Source: an uncultured Phycisphaerales bacterium
GTDB taxonomy: Bacteria; Planctomycetota; Phycisphaerae; Sedimentisphaerales; Anaerobacaceae
DNA length: 64,000 nt
Direction: 5' to 3'
NCBI GenBank assembly: GCA_963772725.1
Contig: CAVYYI010000002.1
Span: 320,001-384,000, forward strand
Shown: piece after piece, positions 12,211 to 22,528 of the stretch
How the letters are laid out: each line of letters opens with the position of its first letter
Position numbering within the stretch: position 1 is the stretch's first letter
Translations under genes and position numbers: made by a program
The notes under the pieces: generated by a model
Told to the model about the DNA's origin: nothing
The model's input: the letters and a program-made list of their open reading frames with translations, nothing else
Database searches by the model: none

Positions 12211-13067
12211 ATGCTTAAATACAGATTATTCTGGGGTACTTTAATGACGCTGGTGCTTGTCGCCATAGTCGTTTTCGATGGCTGGCTGACGGTTCATTGA
12301 CCTCTTCGGCAGCAGATGATAAAAATGTACGCGGAACGATTTTCTGCGTTCTCGTCGCCATGCTGGTAATTCCCGGGCAGCTTGAACTGTCTAAACTGGC
12401 CGGCGCCAAAAACCTGAAGATTTTTATCGCGATTACGATTCCGGCATCAATTTTGGCCGCAACGGCATGGTATTGGGCACAATTTACGAAAATTCCGCCT
12501 CAGGTATATCTGGTTTACCTGCTTATTTTCACATTATTCGTGCTTTTTATTTACCAACATTTCCGATACGGCACCAACGGAGTAATCAGTAACTGCGGGG
12601 TAAGTTATTTATCAGTAGTTTATCTTGGGCTTTTGACCGCTTTTGTGCCTGCCATAAGGATTGATTTCGGAATCAAACCGCTGCTGATGTTTATTTTTGT
12701 TATAAAAGCCTGTGACATAGGGGCTTACGTCATAGGAAGCATGTTCGGCAAACACAAATTTTCGCCTAAAATCAGCCCGAAAAAAACCTGGGAAGGTATG
12801 GGAGGCGGAACGGTTTTGGCAATAATAACAGCTATCGCTTTTTCTGTAATTTTTGATATAATGAAATGGCAGATGGCGGCTATTTTCGGTTTTGTGTTCG
12901 CGTTCATCGGGCAGCTTGGCGATTTAGCAGAGTCGATGATAAAACGCGATGCGGCACGAAAAGATTCGGCAAATGATGTTCCTGGTTTCGGGGGGATATT
13001 GGACGTGATAGATTCGCCGCTTTTAGCGGCTGTGTTCGCGTACTTGTTTTTTAGAATGTGTTGTTAA
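12211..13067 (+). CDS. cdsA: phosphatidate cytidylyltransferase (5' frameshift)
   Basis: SPKKTWEG, GDLAESMIKR and KDS..PGFGGILD motifs; start MLKYRL at 12211 is in another frame; follows uppS. Confidence 0.92.
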
Positions 13068-14028
13068 TGACAGGGAAAAAAATTGGAAGTTACCATACAA
13101 CTTGACCCTTCTCATCGGGCAGCTTGAACTGTTTGGCCAATCGGACAGACATCTGCGTCTTTTGCGTCAATCATTAGGTATTCAGCTCGCTGCACGCGAA
13201 TCAAACCTGGTAATCAGCGGAAAAGAAAAGGATGTCAAAAGAGCAACCGAAATTATCGACAGGATGCAAAAACATCTGATTAAATATGGAGTGCTTAGCG
13301 AAAATGACGTGAAAGATTATATCCTTGAGGGCGAGGCAGTTACGGAACCCCAGACAGCATCGGCTATAAGCGTTTATTCACACAAAAAGGTAATAGAGCC
13401 AACAACAAAAGGCCAATTAAGGTACATTGAAACGATGCTGGCGAATGACCTTACGTTTTGCACGGGGCCCGCAGGAACAGGCAAAACTTACCTGGCGGTC
13501 GCGGTCGCTGTTTCGATGCTGAAAAGAAAACAGGTCAGAAAAATCATACTTGCCCGGCCTGCGGTTGAGGCTGGGGAGAAGCTCGGTTTCCTGCCAGGAG
13601 ATTTGCAGGCGAAAGTGAATCCTTACCTTAGCCCCCTCTTTGACGCCCTGGGCGATATGATGGACTTTGCCCACATGCGAAAGCTAATGGAGATGGACAT
13701 TATCGAGATTATTCCGCTGGCGTTTATGCGGGGAAGGACATTGAACGAAGCTGTAATAATATGCGACGAGGCACAAAATACCTCAACAATGCAGATGTTA
13801 ATGGTCTTGACAAGACTGGGCCGAGGCTCGAAAATGATTGTTACCGGTGACATAACGCAAATTGACCTTGACAGCAGGCAAACAAGCGGTATGGTCGAGG
13901 CAATCGAAACTCTAAGACGAATCAAAGGCATAGGCTGTGTGGAACTGACTCAAAGTGACATTGTGCGACACAGGCTTGTACAGAATATTGTTCGGGCTTA
14001 TAAGAAAAAAAGAAACAGTAAAAAATAA
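13067..14028 (+). CDS. phoH: PhoH-like ATPase (start approximate, probable 5' frameshift)
   Basis: GPAGTGKT, RPAVEAGEKLGFLPG, MRGRT and DEAQN motifs. Confidence 0.92.
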
Positions 14029-14074
14029 ATCAGTTCCTGTTTGCCTTATTAGTGCCCGAGTTATAGAAAATAAA

Positions 14075-15613
14075 ATGAAAATATGGTTTTTAAAAAATAC
14101 CGGTTCACAGCGAACCGCCATAAGAAAAAATGGCGGTTTGGAAACTTCTCTGCCGTCAAAGCGTTTCATAAACACCGATACGGTTATATCGAGTATTTTG
14201 TGGATTATCTTCGTTGCTCTTTGCGTACCGATACTCGCATTCGAAATCATTCAAAATGCACAATACGTTCAGTTAATACCGCTGACTATTATCGTGATAC
14301 TTATTTCCGCAGCGGGCGGAATATACATTCATCATTATCAGGGGCGAATCCTTACCAACCACACCAGAAGCGCAGCTTTGGCAGGACTGTTTTTGGCATT
14401 TATAGCTATAACAAAGATGGGTATATTGATATTTAGTGAGTCCAAATACCCGTTTTATTGGGCAACCGGAACTTCTGCTGCAGTGGCAATTATTATGATG
14501 CTCACATATAATCAACGCTTTGCGATGGGAATGAGCATATTTTTCTGCCTGTTTGCCTACTTTGCATCAGGGGCTCAAACTGATATTAATTTATTGCTGA
14601 TAATGGTTGCCGGCGCACTGACCTGCTGTTTTTCATTGGGCGAAATTCGCACAAGAATGAAACTTTTGGAGGTAAGCGCAATTGCGGCGGGAGTGATACT
14701 TGTAACAGCGGTCGCATTAGGATTCTGTGCCAACACTTCTACTTCTGATATTTTTATGCAGGCCGGCCGCCATGCGGGTGCAGCTTTTCTTGTCGGTTTA
14801 TTAATACAAGGTCTGCTGCCGCTCATAGAAAAAGTTTTTCATATAGCGACAAGTATGACACTGCTGGACTACAGTGACGCCAACCAGCCATTACTGAGGA
14901 AGCTCGCGATGGAAGCGCCCGGCACGTTCAGTCACAGCCTGCTGGTGGGTTCAATCGCGGAAGCCGCCGCGGAATCAATCGGGCGTAACGGGCTGCTGAG
15001 CAGGGTAGGTGCATATTATCACGATATAGGAAAAATCAATAAGCCGGCGTATTTTATTGAAAACCAGGCGGGCATGACCAGCAGACACAAGGAAATCTCA
15101 CCGACAATAAGCCAGCTTGTGATTGTCGGACATGTTAAAGACGGAATAGAGCTGGCAGACGAATACGGCCTTCCGGCGGTATTAAGGCAGTTCATAGAAA
15201 CGCATCATGGAACAACATTGATTGAATACTTTTACAATGAAGCCAGGAAAAAATATGACGACAGTCAGCCTCCGATTTCGGAAAGCGAATTTCGTTATGC
15301 CGGGCCTAAGCCGCAGACCAAAGAGGCGGCGATTGTTATGCTGGCGGATTCGGCTGAGGGAGCCGTCAGGGCATTGCCTGAAATAACTCCCACTAAAATA
15401 GAGGCGGTGGTTCATAATATGGCAATGAAACGCCTGCAGGACGGCCAATTCGATGAATGCGAATTAACCCTCGGAGAGTTGAGCCGAATAGAGGCGAGTA
15501 TATCTAAAACTCTCGCTGCTCATTATCACGGGCGAATCGCATATCCCAAACAGCTCCCCTCAGCGGAAGAAATGAATAACCCATCTAAGCAAAATGATGT
15601 GAAAAACGCTTAA
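14075..15613 (+). CDS. 7TM HD-domain (HDIG) phosphohydrolase, PgpH-like
   Basis: Multiple TM segments, then APGTFSHS, YYHDIGK, HHGTT and MLADS motifs; typical phoH-HD-ybeY context. Confidence 0.88.
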   Translation: MKIWFLKNTGSQRTAIRKNGGLETSLPSKRFINTDTVISSILWIIFVALCVPILAFEIIQNAQYVQLIPLTIIVILISAAGGIYIHHYQGRILTNHTRSAALAGLFLAFIAITKMGILIFSESKYPFYWATGTSAAVAIIMMLTYNQRFAMGMSIFFCLFAYFASGAQTDINLLLIMVAGALTCCFSLGEIRTRMKLLEVSAIAAGVILVTAVALGFCANTSTSDIFMQAGRHAGAAFLVGLLIQGLLPLIEKVFHIATSMTLLDYSDANQPLLRKLAMEAPGTFSHSLLVGSIAEAAAESIGRNGLLSRVGAYYHDIGKINKPAYFIENQAGMTSRHKEISPTISQLVIVGHVKDGIELADEYGLPAVLRQFIETHHGTTLIEYFYNEARKKYDDSQPPISESEFRYAGPKPQTKEAAIVMLADSAEGAVRALPEITPTKIEAVVHNMAMKRLQDGQFDECELTLGELSRIEASISKTLAAHYHGRIAYPKQLPSAEEMNNPSKQNDVKNA

Positions 15614-15618
15614 AGATT

Positions 15619-16107
15619 ATGGCTCGTGAAAAACAAAATTCAGGTATCCGCATAATAAAAAGATTTGAAAATATAGACGTCAGCCTTCCGAAACTGAAAA
15701 AGCTGATAAAAACTGTACGCGAGAGATTCGGGAGCTTTTACGGGCCGCACACGAAATATGAAATCGATATTGTGATAGTCGATAACGTAGAAATCCTCAA
15801 AATAAATAAACAGTTTTTAAAACATAATTCCATTACGGATTGTCTTAGCTTCGATTTGTCGGAAGACAATACAAAATCTGTCAAACTCTTCGAAGTCATA
15901 GTAAACGGTGAAAAGGCAGTCAAGGAAGCCTCCAAACGGGGGCATTGTGCCGAGGCGGAACTCGCCCTTTACGCAATTCATGGGCTGCTGCATAATTTCG
16001 GGTTCGATGATTTACAGCCTAAGAACGCGAAAAAAATGCACACCGTCGAGGATGAGCTCCTTAAGCAAATGAATTTTGGGATTATTTATAACTCAAATGC
16101 TGACTAA
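15619..16107 (+). CDS. ybeY: rRNA maturation RNase YbeY
   Basis: TDCLSF and HGLLHNFGFD motifs. Confidence 0.88.
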   Translation: MAREKQNSGIRIIKRFENIDVSLPKLKKLIKTVRERFGSFYGPHTKYEIDIVIVDNVEILKINKQFLKHNSITDCLSFDLSEDNTKSVKLFEVIVNGEKAVKEASKRGHCAEAELALYAIHGLLHNFGFDDLQPKNAKKMHTVEDELLKQMNFGIIYNSNAD

Positions 16108-16843
16108 GGATAACGCAATTTGCATACGTACCGTCGATTACTCGGAAACGTCGCAGGTCGCCACTTTTTTTTGCAGGGCAACGGGTAAAATTGATGTCAT
16201 AGCTAAAGGCTCGAAAAGACCCAAATCGGCTATTGGCGGCCCTCTCGAAATATTCGCAACGGGACAGATAATGTTTTCCGCCAAGGAAGACGCGAAACTC
16301 GCGACGCTGACCGAATTTGAACCGCAGCCAATTCTGAGCCGGCTTAGTAATAACCTTCTTTCATTAAACTGCTCCCTCTTCGCAGCGGAACTGCTTGGCT
16401 CGCTGATGGATGATTACGACCCGCATCAGGAACTATTCGATTATTTTCTGCAGTTTCTTGGGAACATTCAGGATTGCCCTGACAGACGGCAGGCTATCGG
16501 TTTATTGATAGTTTTCCAATTAACTCTGCTCAGAGAAATCGGTATCCAGCCTGTCTTGAATCGCTGTGCCAATTGTAAAACGCAATTCGCACAACGCACG
16601 AAACATTACGAGGTTTATTTCAGCAGTGTCGCCAATGGCCTTATTTGTAAAGACTGCGAGGCCAATTTTACTGACAAGATTAGATTAACAAGAGAGGCGG
16701 CGAATTGCCTTACCGATTTGAAACTTATCGGCAAAGCGGATGAAAAAACGCTGAACGAAATCGAGAAGATTTTAGTTTATCACTTCACCGCCCTGTTACA
16801 CCGCCAGCCCAAAATGGCAAAATACGTACTTGCAAAAATTTAG
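16097..16843 (+). CDS. recO: DNA repair protein RecO
   Basis: DYSETS...GKI..IAKG N-terminal OB region; CANC...CKDC zinc site. Confidence 0.9.
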   Translation: MLTKDNAICIRTVDYSETSQVATFFCRATGKIDVIAKGSKRPKSAIGGPLEIFATGQIMFSAKEDAKLATLTEFEPQPILSRLSNNLLSLNCSLFAAELLGSLMDDYDPHQELFDYFLQFLGNIQDCPDRRQAIGLLIVFQLTLLREIGIQPVLNRCANCKTQFAQRTKHYEVYFSSVANGLICKDCEANFTDKIRLTREAANCLTDLKLIGKADEKTLNEIEKILVYHFTALLHRQPKMAKYVLAKI

Positions 16844-16911
16844 TTACAAAAAGACAAAAAGGAATAAAAATTCAAACTGTATAAAATACAAATGTTATAT
16901 ATTTTTACATT

Positions 16912-17514
16912 CTAATTCCTATAGTGTTCGAAGTGCAAATACACTCCTGGCTGAATTTTTGATAGCTTTCCTTCTTGAACCTGATAAGCTTCATTGGGCG
17001 GACATACAATTAATTCCCAACCAACCTGCATAAAACCTGAATTCCAACTTAACCAGACTTTGCGTACGCCTTCTTCTTCTTTTACTTCGACATTTTCAGG
17101 ATGAAATACTTTTATGGGCTCAGGTATGTCAATTCCATTCATTTGAAGATAAGGGACTTCAACATTATGTGCCCATGTTCTAATTACATCATAGTCTTTA
17201 ATAAAAGAATAGTGGATAAGTAACCCAGCAAAAGTAATATTATGCCACAGACAAAAAATTAAGTACAGAATAAAGCAGCACCCCACTTTGCTTAGATTGA
17301 ATAAGACCTTTTTTTCTTTTTTGAACAAATCCCTAATGAGTTTAACTATAGAAATGATGAAAATAATGAAAACAAAAATACCAAAGAATGGCAGAAAGAC
17401 GTGGGAAAATAAAACAGCATAAGGGTGAATTAATCCTATTACAAATGGCACCAAAAGTACACTTATATCGACTAAAATCAAAAATCGCATGTTTCTGTAA
17501 ATCTGATACAGCAT
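16912..17514 (-). CDS. AT-rich orphan membrane protein
   Basis: 200-aa ORF, three TM segments, RBS GGAG, lower GC than its neighbours. Confidence 0.7.
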   Translation of the reverse strand: MLYQIYRNMRFLILVDISVLLVPFVIGLIHPYAVLFSHVFLPFFGIFVFIIFIISIVKLIRDLFKKEKKVLFNLSKVGCCFILYLIFCLWHNITFAGLLIHYSFIKDYDVIRTWAHNVEVPYLQMNGIDIPEPIKVFHPENVEVKEEEGVRKVWLSWNSGFMQVGWELIVCPPNEAYQVQEGKLSKIQPGVYLHFEHYRN

Positions 17515-17542
17515 ATCGTTGCTCCCTAAATTTACTATACGC

Positions 17543-18594
17543 CTACTGGTTTTCTTCGAAGAGTTCGGGCTGGTCTGTGGTTTGTTTTTTGTTGTGGTAT
17601 TTGAGGCTGAGGTGGTCGCAGGCGGTTTTGGTTATTTCTCTGCCGCGTTTGGTTCTGCGGAGAAAGCCGATCTGGAGAAGGTATGGCTCAACAACATCTT
17701 CGAGCGTGTCTCTTTCTTCGCCGAGTGTGGCAGCGATAGCTTCGATGCCGGCTGGCCCGCCATCATAGACATTGGCCAAAGCGCGCAGAACAGCCCTATC
17801 AAGTTCATCGAGACCGAGAGGGTCAATCTGCTCCATTTTCAGAGCGTTTTCGACGATGGCAGAGCTAAGGATGCCTTTACCTTTGACCTGAGCGTAATCG
17901 CGGACGCGTTTTAGGAGCCGGTTCGCGACACGGGGTGTGCCGCGAGAACGGTCGGCAATCAATTCGAGAGTGCCGTCCTCGCAATGCAACTGCAATAAGC
18001 TGGCGGAACGACTTAGAATGGTTTTCAATTCTTCGGTGGAGTAGAAGTCGAGATGATATAACATTCCGAATCGGCCGCGAAGTGGGGCGCTGAACAGGCC
18101 TGCACGGGTGGTCGCGCCTATCAGTGTGAACCTTTTCAGGGGGAAGTTTATGGTCTTGGCGTGCATACCGCTATCAACGGTAAAATCGACTTTAAAATCC
18201 TCCATCGCGGGATAGATAAATTCCTCGACGGGGGTACTGAGGCGATGAATTTCATCAATGAAAAGTATGTCGCCGGTGCTGACGTTGGTCAGAAGTCCCA
18301 TGACGTCGCCCTGTTTGACCAGGGCTGGGCCGGATGAACAGCGAATTCTCGCGCCCATTTCGTTTGCGACGACATTGGCGAGGGTTGTTTTGCCTAAGCC
18401 CGGGGGGCCGTAAAAAAGGATGTGTTCGAGTGGTTCGCCGCGTTTTTTGGCGGCGGCTATCGCGATGGAGAGTTTTTCTTTGACGTTGGCCTGCCCGATA
18501 CATTCGCTGAGGTTTTTTGGGCCGCAGCGAGATATTGAAGGCTTCTTCCTGCTCGTTAATGTTTTGTCCGGTTAAGTACTCTATCAATTGCCAT
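17543..18594 (-). CDS. ruvB: Holliday junction helicase RuvB (5' frameshift)
   Basis: LFIDEIHRL, GATTRAG, SRGTPR and EPYLLQ motifs; the N-terminal LRPK part is in another frame. Confidence 0.95.
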
Positions 18595-18621
18595 AATAAA
18601 ATCAAATTTTTTTTTATGCTT

Positions 18622-19240
18622 CTATTCCTTGTTTAAGTCGATATACCAGCGGGACAAGTTCTTCGGCGGATTTAATGTCGGGTGCCTTTTGCAGGCAAGC
18701 TCAATAAGTTCCATCGCTTCGTTGCGTTTTTCGCCCCAGGCGATAAGTATTTCCAGAGCTTCGGCCTGGAAGGGTTTGAAGGAGACCCCTGTTTGGCCGG
18801 GGGCTGTGCTTTCTGCAAAGGACTGGAGCTTGCCTTTTAGTTCGGCGATAATCTGCTGTGCCATTCGCTTGCCGACACCGGGGAGCGTTTGCAGGGTTTT
18901 ATCGTCGCCGTTTTCAACGGCCGCCGCGATAGTGCCTATGGGGACACAGAGCGCTTTTAGAGTTTTTTTGATGCCCATGCCTTTAACGCTTGTGATTTTG
19001 GTGAAGAAGTCTTTTTCGCCTGTGTTTAAGAAGCCGACCATTCTTGGGATGAGGTTACCGCCGCCGAGAGAGCCTTCGTAATATTCCATCGTGCAAAGTA
19101 CGATATCAGAACCGACGCTGCCGGCAAAGAGCGCTGACGCAATAACCTGGCAGCAGGACTTCATAGCCGATGGGTCCGACCTGGATAAGGGCGTTGTCGG
19201 TATCGAGCTTAACAAGTTTTCCTTCTAATTTCGCTATCAT
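18622..19240 (-). CDS. ruvA: Holliday junction DNA-binding protein RuvA (frameshifted)
   Basis: HhH motifs VKGMGIK and LPGVGKRMAQQIIAELKGK; start MIAKLEG at 19240. Confidence 0.88.
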
Positions 19241-19302
19241 AAAAATACATTGTAGAATATTCCGCCGCGGGCGAACATAAAATTTTTTAATCGCAGCTTA
19301 TT

Positions 19303-20481
19303 CTAAAATAACGCGTTGTTCAGGTCGTCTATCAAGTCCTCAGCGTTTTCTATGCCGACAGCGAGCCGAATGAGGCCGTCTTTTATGCCAAGCGACAGAC
19401 GTTCTTTCTTTGAAACAGCATAATAACTTATGGTGGCCGGATGCGTGATGAGCGATTCGACGCCGCCGAGACTTGGGCCTATATTTATAATTTTTAAACG
19501 GCTCATAAACTTCAACGCATATTGTATATCATCCTTAACCTCAAAGGTAACGACACCGCCAAAACCTTTCATCTGTTTTTTCGCAACGTTATAATGGGGA
19601 TGACTTTTCAGGCCGGGATAATAGACACGTCTGACTTTTGGATGATTTTCGAGAAACTCAGCGATTCTCTGACCATTTTCATTATGACGCTGCATACGCA
19701 GTTCGAAAGTTTTAAGCCCGCGAATAAGCAGGTACGATGGATGGGGGTCAATGCAGCCTCCGGTTATTTTCAGATACTCTCTTATAAGGCTTGTAAGTTT
19801 TTTTTTGCCCAGCACCACACCGCTGAGGATGTCGTTATGCCCGCTGAGATACTTGGTGGCGCTGTGTATTACCAGGTCGATTCCGTATTCGAGAGGCCTT
19901 TGGTTGTATGGCGTGGCAAAGGTGCTGTCGGAAATCACCATAACGCCCGTGCCTTTGAAAATATTCATAAGCTTTTCGAGGTCCATAATATTCAGATAAG
20001 GATTGGTGGGTGATTCAGAAAAAAAAATGCGGGTGTTGTGTTTTACGGCTTTTTTTATCGCCTCGTAATCGCACATTTTGACAACAGTGCATTCGATGCC
20101 GAACCTGCACAGGCATGTGCGGCAAAAGTCGAGCGTCCTCTTGTAGGCGTCATCGGTAATTACGATGTGGTCTCCCGTCTTGAGCAGTGAAAAAAGGGTG
20201 GTAGTGATAGCGCTCATGCCTGACGAGAACAGAACCGCGTCTTCGGCGCCTTCGAGCGCAGCAAGTTTACCCTCCGCGGCGACCTGTGTGGGGTGGCCGT
20301 ATCGCCCGTATTCGTATCTGCCCGCCGTTCCTTTCGGGAGTTTTTTTATTTCCTTGATATTTTTGAAAATGAATGTGGATGTCTGAACAATCGGGGTCGT
20401 TATCGCACCATATTCATTGTAGCGAATCTCGCCGGAATGGACGGCTCTTGTCGAAAAGCCCGTCTTTTTTTCTTTCTTCAT
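19303..20481 (-). CDS. PLP-dependent transsulfuration enzyme (cystathionine gamma-synthase/lyase family)
   Basis: YGRYGHPT, SGMSAI, ESPTNP, HSATKYLSGHND and SLGGVESL motifs. Confidence 0.9.
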   Translation of the reverse strand: MKKEKKTGFSTRAVHSGEIRYNEYGAITTPIVQTSTFIFKNIKEIKKLPKGTAGRYEYGRYGHPTQVAAEGKLAALEGAEDAVLFSSGMSAITTTLFSLLKTGDHIVITDDAYKRTLDFCRTCLCRFGIECTVVKMCDYEAIKKAVKHNTRIFFSESPTNPYLNIMDLEKLMNIFKGTGVMVISDSTFATPYNQRPLEYGIDLVIHSATKYLSGHNDILSGVVLGKKKLTSLIREYLKITGGCIDPHPSYLLIRGLKTFELRMQRHNENGQRIAEFLENHPKVRRVYYPGLKSHPHYNVAKKQMKGFGGVVTFEVKDDIQYALKFMSRLKIINIGPSLGGVESLITHPATISYYAVSKKERLSLGIKDGLIRLAVGIENAEDLIDDLNNALF

Positions 20482-20526
20482 TACAGCCTCTCAATAAAAA
20501 ATAAAAATATTAAAACAATAAAATTA

Positions 20527-21015
20527 TCACTTCAGCAAAACAGTTTCCTTCGAATTGGCGCAGCATAAAGCTACGGCGATGGCATCGGCGACGTCGTTGG
20601 GCTCGGGTAATCGCGACAGAGACAGCAAAGTTTGAATGGCTCTTTGAATCTGGCCTTTGGAGGCTCTGCCGTTACCGGTAACGGATTTTTTGATGCGTGT
20701 CGCGTTAAAGCTTCTGACCTCGGCATTTGCCATGGCACAACTCTGCAGTATAACACCTCTTGCGTGCCCCATCAATATCGCGGTTCTCGGGTGGGCATAG
20801 TGCGAATATAATTTTTCGACGGCCACGATGTCGGGCTGAAATTTCTGGAGGAGCTGTGTTATGTCTTTGGCAATCTGGTTTAGTCTTAATTCTATGGCGG
20901 TACCGCTGGAGGTGCGGAAGACACCTGCTTCGATAAGTTTTTCGCCTAACAAGTCGGCTTTCAGGCAGGCATATCCGCAGACCTGCAACCCAGGGTCAAT
21001 ACCGAGAATTATCAT
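20527..21015 (-). CDS. ruvC: crossover junction endodeoxyribonuclease RuvC
   Basis: ILGIDPG, GHARGV, TGNGRASK and DVADAIAVALC motifs. Confidence 0.95.
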   Translation of the reverse strand: MIILGIDPGLQVCGYACLKADLLGEKLIEAGVFRTSSGTAIELRLNQIAKDITQLLQKFQPDIVAVEKLYSHYAHPRTAILMGHARGVILQSCAMANAEVRSFNATRIKKSVTGNGRASKGQIQRAIQTLLSLSRLPEPNDVADAIAVALCCANSKETVLLK

Positions 21016-22445
21016 TAAGATTCCTCCCTGGGTTTAATCCTGTAACCTCCGCCTGTTAGGTCTTCGACTATCCAGCCTTGGTTAAGAATTTCCGACCGTG
21101 TTGCATCAGCCAATTGCCAATTCTTTTCGAGTTTCGCTCTTTTTCTTTCCTCCGCGAGTTCAATTATCTTTTTCGGTACTTCTTTTTCTACAGTTTCCAA
21201 AACTCCTAGTACCGAGTCGATTTTGACGATAGTGTCGAGCATTGCTGAGGCCTCTGTCGAATTCATATCGTCGATTTTGTTAACCTCGCGTATAAAATCA
21301 AAGCAAACAGAAAGAGCTTTTGAAATGTTCAGGTCGTCGCAAAGGGCCGCGTCAAACTCGGAAAGGCAATTAGAGGCGAGTTCCCGCAGGTTAGGCCTGA
21401 CTTCACCTGATTTTGTTTTTTCGCGCAGGTCGGTCAATGTCAGGACGCATTGCTGAATTTTATCTATCGCCTGCTGGGCGGCTTTTATGCCGTCGAATGT
21501 GAAATTATAGTTTTGGCGGTAATGTGAAGAGATAAGGGAATACCGGATAGCGTTTTTCCTGAAACCCTTTTCGATAAGTTCCTGGATTGTGTAAAGGTTG
21601 CCTTTGGATTTGGACATTTTTTCGCCGTCGAACATCAGGAACCTTGTATGGAGCCAATAGTGGACGAATTTTTTTCCGCTGGCGGCCTCGGACTGGGCGA
21701 TTTCGCACTCGTGATGGGGGAAGATGTTATCTTCGCCGCCGGTATGGATATCGAATTCGGACCCCAGATATTTCGAACTCATCACGGAGCATTCGATATG
21801 CCAGCCGGGGAATCCTCTGCCCCAGGGGCTGTCCCACTGCTGAAGGTGTTTTGGGTCGTGCTTCCAGAGGGCGAAGTCCTGCGGATTTTTCTTTTCCTGA
21901 TTGATTTCGATTCTTGCGCCGGCGTTTAATTCGTCGAGGGTGTTGCCGGAAAGCCGGCCGTAATTGGCGAATTTGGTAACATCATAATATACATTGTGGT
22001 CGACAACGTAAGCGTAGCCTTTATCGATGAGAATCTTAATCATATCAATCATTTCTTTGATATGTTCGGTTGCTTTTGGGTATTTATCGGCGGGCTTTAG
22101 ATTCAGGAGGCGGCTTGCCTGCAGGAACGACTCCGTGTAGAATTTTGCGATTTCAAGCGGGTCTTTCTTTAGCTTTTTTGCCGCCTCTTCCAATTTATCG
22201 GCACCCTGGTCGGCATCATCGACGAGATGGCCGACATCGGTTATGTTCATAATATGGGTAACTTTAAAGCCTTTGAATTCAAAGAATCGCTTTAATAAAT
22301 CCGCGACGAGAAAACTCCTGAAATTTCCAATATGGGGGTGTGAATATACGGTCGGGCCGCAACTGTACATTCCGACTTTGCCCTGCTGCAGTGGGATAAA
22401 ATCCTCAACTTTACGTGTTAGCGTATTATAAAGTCTTAAGCTCAT
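21015..22445 (-). CDS. cysS: cysteine--tRNA ligase
   Basis: CGPTVY, HIGN, GWHIECS and KMSKSKGN motifs. Confidence 0.97.
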   Translation of the reverse strand: MSLRLYNTLTRKVEDFIPLQQGKVGMYSCGPTVYSHPHIGNFRSFLVADLLKRFFEFKGFKVTHIMNITDVGHLVDDADQGADKLEEAAKKLKKDPLEIAKFYTESFLQASRLLNLKPADKYPKATEHIKEMIDMIKILIDKGYAYVVDHNVYYDVTKFANYGRLSGNTLDELNAGARIEINQEKKNPQDFALWKHDPKHLQQWDSPWGRGFPGWHIECSVMSSKYLGSEFDIHTGGEDNIFPHHECEIAQSEAASGKKFVHYWLHTRFLMFDGEKMSKSKGNLYTIQELIEKGFRKNAIRYSLISSHYRQNYNFTFDGIKAAQQAIDKIQQCVLTLTDLREKTKSGEVRPNLRELASNCLSEFDAALCDDLNISKALSVCFDFIREVNKIDDMNSTEASAMLDTIVKIDSVLGVLETVEKEVPKKIIELAEERKRAKLEKNWQLADATRSEILNQGWIVEDLTGGGYRIKPREES

Positions 22446-22528
22446 ATTTTCTTTCCGACACTAGTTAACACTGATTTACACTGTTTTTTATTAGACACGG
22501 ATTTACACAGATTAACACGGTTTTAAAT

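Noticed and set aside
22457..22521. Triad repeats as a CRISPR array
   Set aside because: Units are 9-10 bp and contiguous, with no unique spacers, and no cas genes are present in the window.
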